A stretch of DNA of 63,877 bases, filler included, from Reticulomyxa filosa (Eukaryota > Protista > Foraminifera), in the NCBI GenBank assembly GCA_000512085.1. It is 23 parts of 23 records of this genome, joined end to end, with 100 filler letters (N's around TTAATTAATTAA, not from the genome) between each part and the next. Parts side by side here need not be neighbours in the genome. Positions count along the whole stretch, not along the records: positions 37,295 to 40,058 come from ASPP01038353.1; positions 40,159 to 42,460 come from ASPP01036142.1; positions 42,561 to 44,167 come from ASPP01021182.1; positions 44,268 to 49,205 come from ASPP01006541.1; positions 49,306 to 51,389 come from ASPP01003064.1; 18 more parts are not named here. One strand, given 5' to 3'. Below, one piece after another: positions 37,856 through 49,568 of the stretch (its first letter is position 1; every line of letters begins with the position of its first letter). The notes under the pieces were generated by a model. The model saw nothing but the letters and a program-made list of their open reading frames with translations, did not search any database and was not told where the DNA came from. The translations under genes were made by a program, and so were the position numbers.

Positions 37856-38433
37856 TTGAATAAATTGACCAATCCAAACAATTCAACAACTATGCCAATG
37901 AATGTCCATCCGAAGACAACCAAAAATGTCCCCCCGAAATAGCCGATGGTACCAATGAGTCTTCTTTTTCGAAAAAAAAACTTCATTGTGCGATTTAAGC
38001 CCATCACAAATACTAACCCTATTAAAAATAATACCTATGTAATCATATGCGTATGAGACATTTTGCAGAACGAGATCTTTTAGAGAAGGAACACAATTTT
38101 CTTTTTGGTTGCAATGTTTTTAACATACTCAAAAAAAAATAAACAAATACAATGTGTTCAAGTCATAACATTTCCAAGTGCAAGTAATGCTCTGTCGAAA
38201 AAGAATATCATCCCCAAACATAAAAATAATATGCCAAGGACTGTTAGCACTAACCCGATTTCTATTTCGTGATTTTTTTTTTATTTTACTTTTTTTGGCA
38301 GAGTTCAAGATCCAATCTTCAACACAAAACAAACACGGATGCACGTTTGTTAGGTTACAACCCCAAACTTTCTTTTGAACCACTTACTCCTATTTTCTGC
38401 AATGATACTTTCCAGTGATGAAATGGATACCAT
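37856..38433 (-). CDS. GOT1: Vesicle transport protein Got1/GOLT1 (last exon missing)
   Basis: Three in-phase exons read MVSISSLESIIAENRK-IGLVLTVLGILFLCLGMIFFFDRALLALGN-VLFLIGLVFVMGLNRTMKFF...IGIVVELFGLVNLF. Confidence 0.92.
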
Positions 38434-38820
38434 GCTTATATTGTTGTTTGTCTATTATTATGATAATATTTTATTTTTTTTTTAGTGTTTAAATAATTGA
38501 TTATCGAGGACTTATAAATCCTCCAACACCCCAAGTCAACACAAAAACTTAAAGAAACAAACCCGTATAATCTCGATTAACCATGGAATGGTAATACAAT
38601 GAAACATTTACTTTGCTTTTACTTGCAAATACGCGCTTCCAATTTTTTCTTCCGGTGCAAAACTTTATTCTGGATAAACATTTCCTTTTGTGACTAGCCT
38701 CACATGTAATAATCCAAAAGAAAGGGGATACGAAACAAAGACAGCAGAAGACGTTTTCCGGTGTACTTTAAAAAAAAAAAAAGGGGGAGGAAACAAAAAA
38801 AAAAAGTAATTGAAAATAGG

Positions 38821-39800
38821 AATGGACACTCCAGCAGATCCATTGACACACGTTGATATTATCCAAGCGATCCTTCGCTGTTGGTTTTCAACAGATTTGA
38901 AAAACGTAAAGGACTTCGCAACTTTTCCGTACACATTGACAAAGTTAATATCGGATTATTCAGTAGCGAAAGACGGAAGTTTGATAGTCCGAGCGGGGGA
39001 AAGGAAAGAATTGTTGTTATCATCGACAAAAAATTACTTTGAATTTGAGGAGATAATATTGGAGTCGAAAGGTACACTAACAGTATTGTATGCTCCAAAT
39101 GGCAAGACAAAAGGGAGAGAGTCATCAAAAAGTAAGACAAAGCCGTCATCATCATCGTCATCATCATCATCATCAAAAAAAGAAAGTAATACAGAAAAAG
39201 AGAGTGTCTTGTATGAAAATCTTCCCGTCCTTTCTGTCATCATCAAATGTTTTGGCAATGTGAAATTTTGCAAAAACAGTGATATGGATGTTGGTGGCAC
39301 AAAGCATCGCATAGACAGTTGCAATGTGTATTTGCAATGTTGGAAAGATATTATTTGGAATGAAAATTCTGGCATTATCGCATGTGGAAGAGCCCCAACG
39401 GATCAACAAAGAAGAGATCACATTCGAGGAGGTCATGGTGGAAATGTCTATTTGAATTGTCGTCGGTACTATGCATATGTGTGAATATATTATATATATA
39501 TGTATATATACATATATACATATACATATATGCATATGTATATATGTTAATTTTGTAACATACAAATAATAAAAGTTTGCGAATGTACGACAATACATTT
39601 ATATTGGTGTACCGAGGTGAATGGTTTGCCAATTCTCAGATGGATGAAATCGATGACAGTGAACAGTGGAATATTAATGGTATGAATGTAAGTCGCAATG
39701 GCAGTGTGCGAATTGAAACTGCATACAGCAGTGAGTTTTATCCTGATATTTCAGTCTATGATCTCAAAGGACCAAAAGTTTTTTTTTCATTGCATTGTTA
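38821..39800 (+). CDS. Hypothetical protein with beta-rich/Gly-containing segments
   Basis: A 224-aa ORF plus a downstream exon (GEWFANSQ...GSVRIE) after a TA-repeat intron. No family recognised. Confidence 0.6.
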
Positions 39801-40719
39801 AACATTCACCTTTTTTTTTTTTTTTTTTTTTTTTCTCTCTCTTCCACCTCCCCTGCTGCTGTTCTCTTTTTTTTTTTTTCGTTCTTTTTTTTTTTCTGTC
39901 CCCCCCCCTTTTTTTTTTTCATCTTTCTATACTATTTCCTCAATTAAAAAAAAAATACATTCGCAAAAATAAATAATTCTCCCACCATATTTTACTATTT
40001 GGAACGTGCTAGTGAACAAAAAAAAAAAAAAAAAAAAAAAATTTTTTTTTTTTTTTTTNNNNNNNNNNNNNNNNNNNNNNNNNNNNNNNNNNNNNNNNNN
40101 NNTTAATTAATTAANNNNNNNNNNNNNNNNNNNNNNNNNNNNNNNNNNNNNNNNNNNNTTTTTTTCTTTTTCTTAAAATCACTTTAAATACAATTTCAAA
40201 AAAAAAAAGTACTATGATTAAAATCATAGTACTTTGAATATTCTGTAAAAAGGACAATCTCTTAAACCAAAAAAAAAAAAAAAAAAACAAGTGAAACAAT
40301 ATTATTTCTTTTGCTCAAATGATTACTTTTTAAAGTAAAAAAATATTTGGTCGCGACATTAGTCATTTCTCTTTTAAGGAATGTCACTCCAAAGTTTTTA
40401 GTAATGACGAAATTTTTAATTTGCAGTAGATCCTGAAAAAGAGATGAGATTTTATTATCATGAATATTCAATAATTGCAAAAGTTCCTTCCTTTTTTTCT
40501 TTCTGTCTTCAAATCAAAAACAGAAGGATGAATTAATGTTACAAAAATTTCATTCTAATCTAGAGCAAGTAAAAACTTGCCCTGTTTAGATGATAAATCA
40601 TGGTCTCTGCAAGAGCAACATGATTACTACAATCTAAAGAAACAGCAATCCACGCTTTGTGCATCAAAGATTTTTACAATAAAGTACTTTGAAAAAGCAG
40701 CATACAAACTCATTAAACT

Positions 40720-41060
40720 TATAATTTATATTCAAACAATTACCATTAAATTTGGATGGAACAAACTTATTGTTAAATACGTTAAGTTTTTATTTTATTA
40801 GATAACAAATTTACAATTTAAACGGCAGCCAACTTTTTCATATTGGAGATATTTCAGTCATCATCCAAATTGCTCAAAACTTTTACACTTTTGTGAATAG
40901 TATTGATTGCACCACATTCGATGGTGATCAATTCATTTGTTTTGAATTAGACGGTGAAACAGTCCATTTATAGAATGTAGAAAATAATGAATCAATCCAA
41001 TCATCCAATAGATTATCATTACATGACAAAACCATTCGTTTTTGGGATATCGAAGAATAA
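40720..41060 (+). pseudogene. WD40 family remnant
   Basis: SSSKLLKTF, IDCTTFDGDQFIC and DKTIRFWDI match the same family as 52760-53550. It has deletions and stops. Confidence 0.7.
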
Positions 41061-41476
41061 AGTTGCACCAATATATTTGAATGATCTCTACCAAAAGACA
41101 ATAAAGTGGTTCCATTGTAGTTATTTACTAGCTTTATACAACAGCTTGGACACTCACAGTAAGCTTGTTTTATTGAGTATATAGCGCATATTGAGTTGAC
41201 GCAACTAGATTTTTTTAAAATTGAGATATGAAAAAGAGTTTCCCTTTTAGAAAAGTACAAAAAATTCAAAAATTTTATTTAGTGGCTTTAGAATTTTTGT
41301 TTAGTTTATTCAGATTCTTTCTTAAGAATACAGTATTCTTTACAAACTTTATCGAACACTATCTTCCATCTTTATTTTTAATTCAAATTTTTGTAATTGT
41401 TTTTTAAAAAGAAGCACCTCTTTGAACAATTGTTTAAAAAATTTCAAATCTTTTTTAGTGCAATAGTAAAAGAGGT

Positions 41477-42361
41477 TTATACCACTTTCCATAATCGAAT
41501 TGTGTCATCATTAGATAATGACACAATAGTATTTTCATCGTGTGAAATATCAAATACTTTTATTTCTTCAGAATGTCCTTCCAGCTGTTGTATTTCCACT
41601 CCAAATTCCATGTCCCACAAGCGCATAGTATTATCTTTACAGCATATTAATATCATTTGCCCAGACGAAAAATATTTCTCTTTTATTGGAGGAAAACATA
41701 TTCCCCATTGTTTTACTTTAGTTCCAGACATTACATCCCATAGCGCAATTGTTTCACCTTCTAAACAAGATACAATAGATAAACCATCAGGAGAAAATTG
41801 TGCAGTCCGTGCAAACAAATTTTTCCATGCTATGTCTGTTGTTTTATTGGATATAATGTCAAAGGTAATTATTCTATAATCTGCTGTTGCCACAAAGATT
41901 TTGTGATTATTTGGTAAAATTCTTGCATCCAAAATACAATTGCTATCACGCAGTACTTTAATCAATTTTTCAGATTGTATATCCCAAATTCTTGCCGTTA
42001 TAATACTAGATGCTACTATTATCTTTTTATCTGATGAAAACTGTACACTTCTTATGCTATTACGTGAATAATCTTCAAATCTTTTTATTTCATTGCATGA
42101 ACTTACATCCCATAATCGAATTGTTTTGTCTTTTGAACACGACACAATCATAGTCCCGTCATGTGAGAATTGTGCATCATTTACGCAACCTGAATGTCCT
42201 TTTATTTCTTTAATGTCAGAAATGTTTGAGTTAGTGCTCCATAGTTGAATAGTACTATCTTTTAAAGATAATACAATTTTTGTGCCATCAGGAGAAAATC
42301 TTACACTGTTTATTTGATTGGTGTGTACGTTGAATAGTCCACATTGCTTGAAATATTTATG
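41477..42361 (-). CDS. WD40-repeat protein, terminal exon
   Basis: Open frame with repeated GHS...QFSxDG..IVSCS.DKTIRLWD units. Confidence 0.92.
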   Translation of the reverse strand, partial: HKYFKQCGLFNVHTNQINSVRFSPDGTKIVLSLKDSTIQLWSTNSNISDIKEIKGHSGCVNDAQFSHDGTMIVSCSKDKTIRLWDVSSCNEIKRFEDYSRNSIRSVQFSSDKKIIVASSIITARIWDIQSEKLIKVLRDSNCILDARILPNNHKIFVATADYRIITFDIISNKTTDIAWKNLFARTAQFSPDGLSIVSCLEGETIALWDVMSGTKVKQWGICFPPIKEKYFSSGQMILICCKDNTMRLWDMEFGVEIQQLEGHSEEIKVFDISHDENTIVSLSNDDTIRLWKVV

Positions 42362-42592
42362 CTATATATTTTGTGTGTGTTAAATGTAAAAATAAAATAA
42401 AAAAAAAATATACATATATATATATATATATATATGTGTATATGTTCCTATTCTATTTTTNNNNNNNNNNNNNNNNNNNNNNNNNNNNNNNNNNNNNNNN
42501 NNNNTTAATTAATTAANNNNNNNNNNNNNNNNNNNNNNNNNNNNNNNNNNNNNNNNNNNNAAATGAACTTTTAAAAAAAAAAAAAAAAAAAG

Positions 42593-42877
42593 AATCGATA
42601 ATTCCAGAAAACACATTGTCAATGGCTCTTCGTTGGGGCGACAAATGCTATCAAACTGAAAGCACAGCAGACCGCAACCGCCAAGGTAATTTTGTAATTC
42701 CACCCGAAATGGGATGTCCCAATGTGGAACAGTACATGGCGGTGGCCGAGACATTGAGAGCGTTGAAGCCGAATGTGGACACGATAATACTCACAAGCGA
42801 GAGTGCAGAGGTAATCGACAGCATCTTTCGGTACTTTGAACTCGTTAACAATGTCACCACTTCCATTGAATCAAACC

Positions 42878-42908
<31 letters not shown>

Positions 42909-43467
42909 TAACGCAAGACGTTTGTACTCGAATTGGACATTTATTTTAAATATCAAAGACCTGCACATTGGCGTCGGCATTTTGGACAAATTCTTGGCAC
43001 ATCATCAAAGTCAATTCAACAGTAGCAGCGACTACTATTACAATGGGATGGTTGGAATGCTATCTTCGTTTTATCTGCAAATGCTTGCCAAATACTACAC
43101 TTTACTCGAGTTCAGCAAATGGAGCGACAGCATTTGGCTGTTTGCCTACGAACTCCAATGTCTGCCCAAAATGCTGCAGGCCTCCTCTTTGCCTTATGTC
43201 AGCTACACTGGCGAAAGACAATGCATCGAACTTCGGCCTCAAAATCTCAAACAACACGAAGACTTTCCCGTCTTCGTCAACGTCATTTACGACGAACACC
43301 TCCTTCAGGATGGTCTTCGCCAAATTGTCGAGCCCAATCGCACCGGTCCTGTCCACATTCGTGACTTTACTCGGTCTTTGAGACTCACACACAGATGGGA
43401 CTTGCGCTGTGAGCGATGGAAAACCAATGAACGATCTTACAAATATGCCGAGGCAGACTCTAATTGA
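42593..43467 (+). CDS. Fucosyltransferase-like (GT23/O-FucT superfamily) C-terminal exon
   Basis: SMALRWGDKC resembles HxRxGDK, IILTSES resembles FLAT(D/E)D, and AKYYTLLEFSKWS resembles FVGTxSSxF. Confidence 0.55.
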
Positions 43468-43758
43468 GTCCATCTGGCCTCTTCCTTTTTTTTTTTTTTT
43501 AAAAAAAAAACAACATTACAAGACTAATTGTAGCTACACAAACTTTAACTTTCATTTTCAAAATGTAAACGATATATCTGTTCCAAAAAAAAAAATTACA
43601 CCTTTTTTGTGATTTAAGATTTCTTTTTCCATTTAAAAAAAAAAAGTACAATCTCCAAATATACGGCGTAAACAGTAAACAAAAATTTCCTTGAACCACG
43701 CGCGAACAAGTTCTCTCCCCCTTTTTATTTTTATTTTTTATAATCTATTGCTTAACAA

Positions 43759-44043
43759 ATGGCCTCCGAGACAGAAACCAAAGATGATCCGGAATCACTT
43801 CGGAAAGGTCAATCCCAGTAACTAACTCCTTTTCGTTGGTTCTTTTCCCCTTGGTTTAGAACGTGGACGCCACGGAGGACACAGAATTACAATAAATAAC
43901 ATAATATTGTAATAGACATAAAGCTATTGCAAAATTTGTTAGCACAGCGAATGGAACAGTTGGACTTGGTTCATAATGAAAACGAGAGAGTACATGCCCA
44001 GATGAAAAACATGCAGGAGTCAATGCAATCCAGTCAATCCAAC
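43759..44043 (+). CDS. Coiled-coil protein, first two exons
   Basis: MASETETKDDPESLRK-D-IKLLQNLLAQRMEQLDLVHNENERVHAQMKNMQ, with in-phase GT-AG intron and heptad-like character. Confidence 0.55.
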
Positions 44044-44351
44044 GTAAGTTTTGTTTGCGTGCAGAGGGGATTGAATTTAAAAAAAAGGGACACAATGAAG
44101 ACCGAAAGAGGAAAGAGGAACCATACAAGGATAGAACAATACAAAAAAAAAAAAAAAAAAAGGATTANNNNNNNNNNNNNNNNNNNNNNNNNNNNNNNNN
44201 NNNNNNNNNNNTTAATTAATTAANNNNNNNNNNNNNNNNNNNNNNNNNNNNNNNNNNNNNNNNNNNNAAAAAAAAAAAAAAAAGAAAAGATTAGAGCCAA
44301 TAGGAAGAAGAGAGGGAAAGAGAAAAAAAAAAGAGTTGTGCAAAACGTAAC

Positions 44352-46422
44352 AAGATCGCCAACTTTGGCACCTTCAATTTTTCGTATCCATTCGTCCGAA
44401 TACGGTTCAAATGTGCCATCGTCTTTCTCCCACTATTTTGTGTTGTAGTATTGTTCGTTGTGGAGAAGAGTGCAATAAAATAACAAACAAGTATCCTCCT
44501 TACCTCCCACACAATGTTCCAATTGTTGTTGTGACTTGCATCACTCCTTTCCCTTTTGTCATTCTTTTGATTGGCATTTGACTCTTTTTTCTCTTGAAAT
44601 CAATCATAACATTAAGTTGTTTTTTTTTTTAAAGACGATCAAAAAAAAAGGAGAGAGAGAGAGAGAACTGCGGACTGCAGACAGATCAGTCCTGCGTACG
44701 ACTCGAACACCGTCATTGGAAGTATTAATTTGCCTTGCATCTGTCCTACTACTTTTCTTCACAACGTATCTAATGCTTCCTAACATAAATGGTACCTAAT
44801 TTGTTGTGTTTGTGATTGTTGCTCTACACAAACACAGGACAAAATAAAACAAGCATACCTCAGTTCCAAGAGGCGCTGCTTCAATAGCATTGGACAAACT
44901 TTCGTCGTACGGTTGAAACTTGAGATCATCGAAGCGCCACTCCCTTTTGTTGGATGTCATTCTTTTTTTTTTTTGATATTGTACAAAGCACAAATGGAAC
45001 ATATAACAAAAAAATGCGATACCATACAAAGGTTTTCGGGACTACATTAGAATCATGTGAGGAATTGTATTTCAAGTCGTCATTGTTAATGGCCGAAGTC
45101 GCTCTTACATTTGTGCTTGTATTCGTATTTTTTTTTACATCTGTGTTTGCATTTGCGTCTATAATTGGTAGTTTATGTTGTATTTCACATTGTCTATGTT
45201 GTATGTCTTTTGTTGTTGTTGTTTTTTTTTTTTTTTTTCTGTTTGTCCCATCCTCTGTCTATCTATCTATCTTCTCAATTTGCTACTTGTTTATAAAGAC
45301 AAAGCATGAATCGTGAACCGGTGTGAAGAGGTTGTCTGCATACTACAGTCTTTCCTTGTGCGGACACTTGGATGCCATTCGACAAGTCCAATTTCAGAAT
45401 CTCATATTCTTCCTTTTCAATCGCTATTGCTATCTTTTTTTGAAAAACTATTATCAGGGAGTGTCAGCAGCAAAAGGAGAGAAAGCCAACAAAATCAACA
45501 CAAAACTTTTGCGCCAATGTCGGCCGATTCAATCTTTTTGCTCACATCCGGCGTATACGTTTGAAAGGTGCCATCTGCCATCAACCACTGCCATGTTGGC
45601 ATTTGTGGAAGAGAAGAAGAGGAAGAAGGAACGAATGATGAAGTAGTAGTCGTAGTAGTAAAGGGGGCTATTTGATGGAACAATTGGTCCTGCGTTTCAT
45701 CAATACTCTGAATTTTGCTCACTGGCTCTAAACAGTCAGAAACCAACACAAAAAAAATATTCGATATATAATGACGGCAAACACACAATTAACGGACAAT
45801 TGCATTTGCGAGTCACCAATAACTTTGTGGCGGTATCTTGGATTTATAATAGCCGATCTGTTCAATGGCACGGTTGGGTGGGTCTCTCGTCAGTACAGCG
45901 CTTGTGTTCTTCAACATCTCTTCCAACGCCGAATAAATAAAGTCCTGGGCCTTTTCAAACATTATTACAAGATGTACAAGGCGTGTCTGAGCTTTGGACA
46001 ACCAATTTCTCACACAGATGCAAGCCACTTAACATCCGAGTTGCTGCATTCAAGCGTAAAGCAGTCCGTGTGTTTAGAATACGTGTGAATGAAGTGCCAC
46101 TGATCGGGAAGCATTTGACATAACCATTGTTTCCATTTTCGATCAAAGTCCTTAGGTGGCTTTTATTATTTTTTGTTAGTACTGTTACCTTGTATTGTTG
46201 TGTACAGAACCATCACTCTTTCCTACATCCCATTGCAATGGCAAGGAGAGAGAGAGAGAGAGTGTCCTCAACTAAGTTGAACAAGGTCACACAGCAGGCT
46301 GGTTGGACATGTTCGTATGAGCAATCCTTGCCAAATCGACAACCTTGGACAGAATTGGCGTGCTTACAATATTTTTTCAAATTATCATTGTGTTTTGAAC
46401 GAAAAGTTACGTTGGACATCAT
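44352..46422 (-). CDS. CCCH zinc finger plus tandem WWE-domain protein (3' truncated)
   Basis: CKHANSVQGCRFGKDCSYEH is a CCCH finger. Three WWE-like units: WQWLMADGTFQTYTPDVSKKIE, WRFDDLKFQPYDESLSNAIE...RQINTSNDGVRVVRR and WEKDDGTFEPYSDEWIRKIE. Frame break at about 46030. Confidence 0.78.
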
Positions 46423-46985
46423 GCAAGGCAACACAATTTCCACTTAACGGTTTACCTGTTTCACACGTTTGAAAGGTGAAACCAAACGTGAAGTGTCGCA
46501 CAAAGTAATTTGTAAGATTTTGTTTTAAATTGGATATTTATTGTACAATTTTAAAGAAATCCTTAACGCAAGACATTAATTAATCGATTAAGCACTTAAA
46601 ATAATGACTTTCCTCAGAAGTAGTAGTGTGGTGATAATATTTGATTTTAAATGTGGAATCTTTGTGAATATAGAAATTGGATTTTTGATGGCATTCTGTG
46701 TTGGCAAAATATTTGAACATGAAAAACTTTTATAATAAATAATTCTTGCTTTCTTTTTCCAAATTTGAAAATTATGTTCAGAAATGATTATTATTCTCAA
46801 AACTGAACCATTTTAAATTTTCAGTACTGAAGGTTGTATAAAATAATCCAAAGAACGCAACAATGTTTTTTCTCACATGTTATTTTAAATTTTTTTGTCA
46901 GATAAAATTTGCGCGTTTGAAAACGAAAGAAAACGAGTAGACGATGATGAAAAAAAAAAACTTGCTAAAAAAAATTTTCTTGCAA

Positions 46986-47193
46986 ATGGAGACAGAAGAA
47001 ACCGAGATATATAACGGTTGGCTGTATTATTTGGCAGGAAAAGAATGGGAGCAATGTTATTTTGTCTTGTATAACAATCGAACACTCCACAAATATGATA
47101 CCTTGCAAAGTAAGCAACAAAAGCAACCAAAGAAGATAATTCATTTGGTGAATATCAGTCGTGTTCATCGCCTGGCGAACAACGAGCAGCAAA

Positions 47194-47225
<32 letters not shown>

Positions 47226-49062
47226 TGAAGAGAGCCAAGAGAAAGAGGATGAGGGATTCGGTGGTGATGAGGATGAAGTGGAAGAACCAGAAAAGGGAAA
47301 AGAAGGTAATGTGATAGACAAACGCAAGCAATTTTTGATGTCAAAGAAAACCCTTTCGGATCGAGGATTGGTGAGTCGACCACCACCCAAAAGAGAGGAA
47401 AAAAATAAAGAAGATAAAAAGATGAAATCACCAAAAGGAGTGATTGAAAAAAAGACATCGTTGCCAGAGGCGATGTTAGTGAATGAATTAAAAAAGAAGT
47501 TGAGTGAAAAGAGAAATGCTCCAGTTTCACCGCCACCACCACCGTCAATCACAACACCAACAATGGCAACGACATCAATGATAAAAAAGCCAAAGCCGAC
47601 CTCAAGTTCGGCGTCGACATCGGCATCGTCATCTCCGAGGATGCCATCGAGAAAGTCATTGAGTGGAATTGAGAAGAGAGATACGAGTAATTCAGGACTC
47701 GCAAAGAACAAACAAGTGAATGATAAGCCAGAGATTGGAGGATATAATAAGGCATTTTCCTCCCGTTTGTTGCGCCGAGAGGATGACTCCACCAATAATA
47801 GTCATTACAATACCAATGACAGCGACAATGAGTTTGAAGATGAGCACGATAGCAAAGGAAATGGAGCAATGCGAGAAAAGAGATCAGCGAAAGTCAAACA
47901 TGCAATAGCCAGTGATTGGACATGGACAGTGAAAACTGAGTTGAATTTGCGAACTGCTGCGAAGTTGAATGTTGATAAAGACAAGCACTTTCAAACTCCG
48001 TTAAAAAGTGCCCACAAAACAACACCGCTACCTGCTCTACCTTCTCAACCATCTCAACCATCTCAACCATCTCATGTATTATCATCATTATCATCATCAT
48101 CATCTTCTTCTTCTTCTTCTTCTTCTTCAACATCTTCTTCTTCTTCATCTTCCTCACATCCACCTCCCCCTCCTCCTCCTCCTCCACCTCCACCAATATC
48201 ATCATCGTCTCCATCATCATCACCATCATCATCGTCACCTCCATCACCTCCTCCTCCTCCTCCTCCTCCGGCATCCTCATCCAAGACTGCAATATCGGCA
48301 TCCTCGTCGCCACGGTCGAAAAAGGCACCCCCTTTGGCACGTCCGAAATCACCCTTGCAAGAGTCACTGCGACTGGCCAAGTCGTCCACCAACTTGCTTC
48401 AATTGGAAAAGGAAGACGCGAAGCGACTCGCAGAGATTCCTTATCACAAGCCCTGCATGTTTGAAATACAACAGCCTTGCGAGGTCCATGTGTTTGGGTG
48501 TGACGATGGTTCCGTCATGAACGAGTGGCTGCGATGGCTCAAGCACTACGCCGTGGGCAAAGTCATTTTCAGCGGCTGGCTGACTAAACAAGGTGGCAGA
48601 ATCAAGTCTTTGAAACGAAGATATTTCCTTTTGTATGATACTCTACTGCTTTATTACTTCAAAGACGAAAGGAGCGGAGATTCTTTACCACTTGGACAAA
48701 TTGACTTAGGTTTTTTTTTTTGTTTCAACATATTTCTGTCTTCTTTATATGAGTACATGTTCTTCTAATATAAATATATGTATTTACATATGTATATGTA
48801 CGTCACACGTCATATACGCATATGCACTTCGTTCCTATGCAATATGTTTTGGTTGGGGTGGTGGATGTATTTGTTTGTTTTGCTTTTTTTTTGTTTGTTT
48901 GTTTGTGTTTTGTTTTTTTTGGAATAACCGCAAACAAAACACGACAGGAAAAATGTTATATGTTACACAAAAAAAATACCCTGGTAGTAATACTTACAAC
49001 TCTATTGAATTGAAAACCCGAGATCGCTTGTGGGTGTTTGTTGCAGACACTGAACGAGAGAG
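46986..49062 (+). CDS. Tandem PH-domain protein; first PH is split by a long Pro/Ser-rich insert (3' truncated)
   Basis: YNGWLYY...WEQCYFVLY...IIHL, then an insert, then FEIQQPCEVHVFGCDDGSVMNEWLRWL. Second PH is FSGWLTKQGGRIKSLKRRYFLL...PLGQIDL. Frameshift in the AG/A repeats at about 47190-47225. Confidence 0.85.
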
Positions 49063-49174
49063 TGTTTGTCTCTTGCTTGTGTATATTTATGTATATGTAC
49101 ATATGTATACGTATTTATTTATTTATATGCTGCGTTGCTTGTGTCTGTGTATATATTTAAAAATGAACAAATCC

Positions 49175-49205
<31 letters not shown>

Positions 49206-49568
49206 NNNNNNNNNNNNNNNNNNNNNNNNNNNNNNNNNNNNNNNNNNNNTTAATTAATTAANNNNNNNNNNNNNNNNNNNNNNNNNNNNNNNNNNNNNNN
49301 NNNNNAGAGCTAATCAACAACAGAACCGATTTAAAAGCAGAAAATCCATCCAATTTTAAAATCATGGACATAAATTATCAATGCATTAACAATGACCAAA
49401 AACTTCGAAATGCATTCGAGACTTCTCCCACTAATCTTTTCATTCATTTCATTGACGGTTTTGTATTTTTATAAAAAAGAGATATTTTCTTGAAAAAAAA
49501 TAAAAATGAATTGAAAATGCAAATAATCAGAAGATGATGAAGAAAAACAAGATATCGAAAACATTGAA

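Noticed and set aside
37513-37889. Poly-Lys and poly-Phe ORFs
   Set aside because: They are translations of intronic or low-quality A/T homopolymers.
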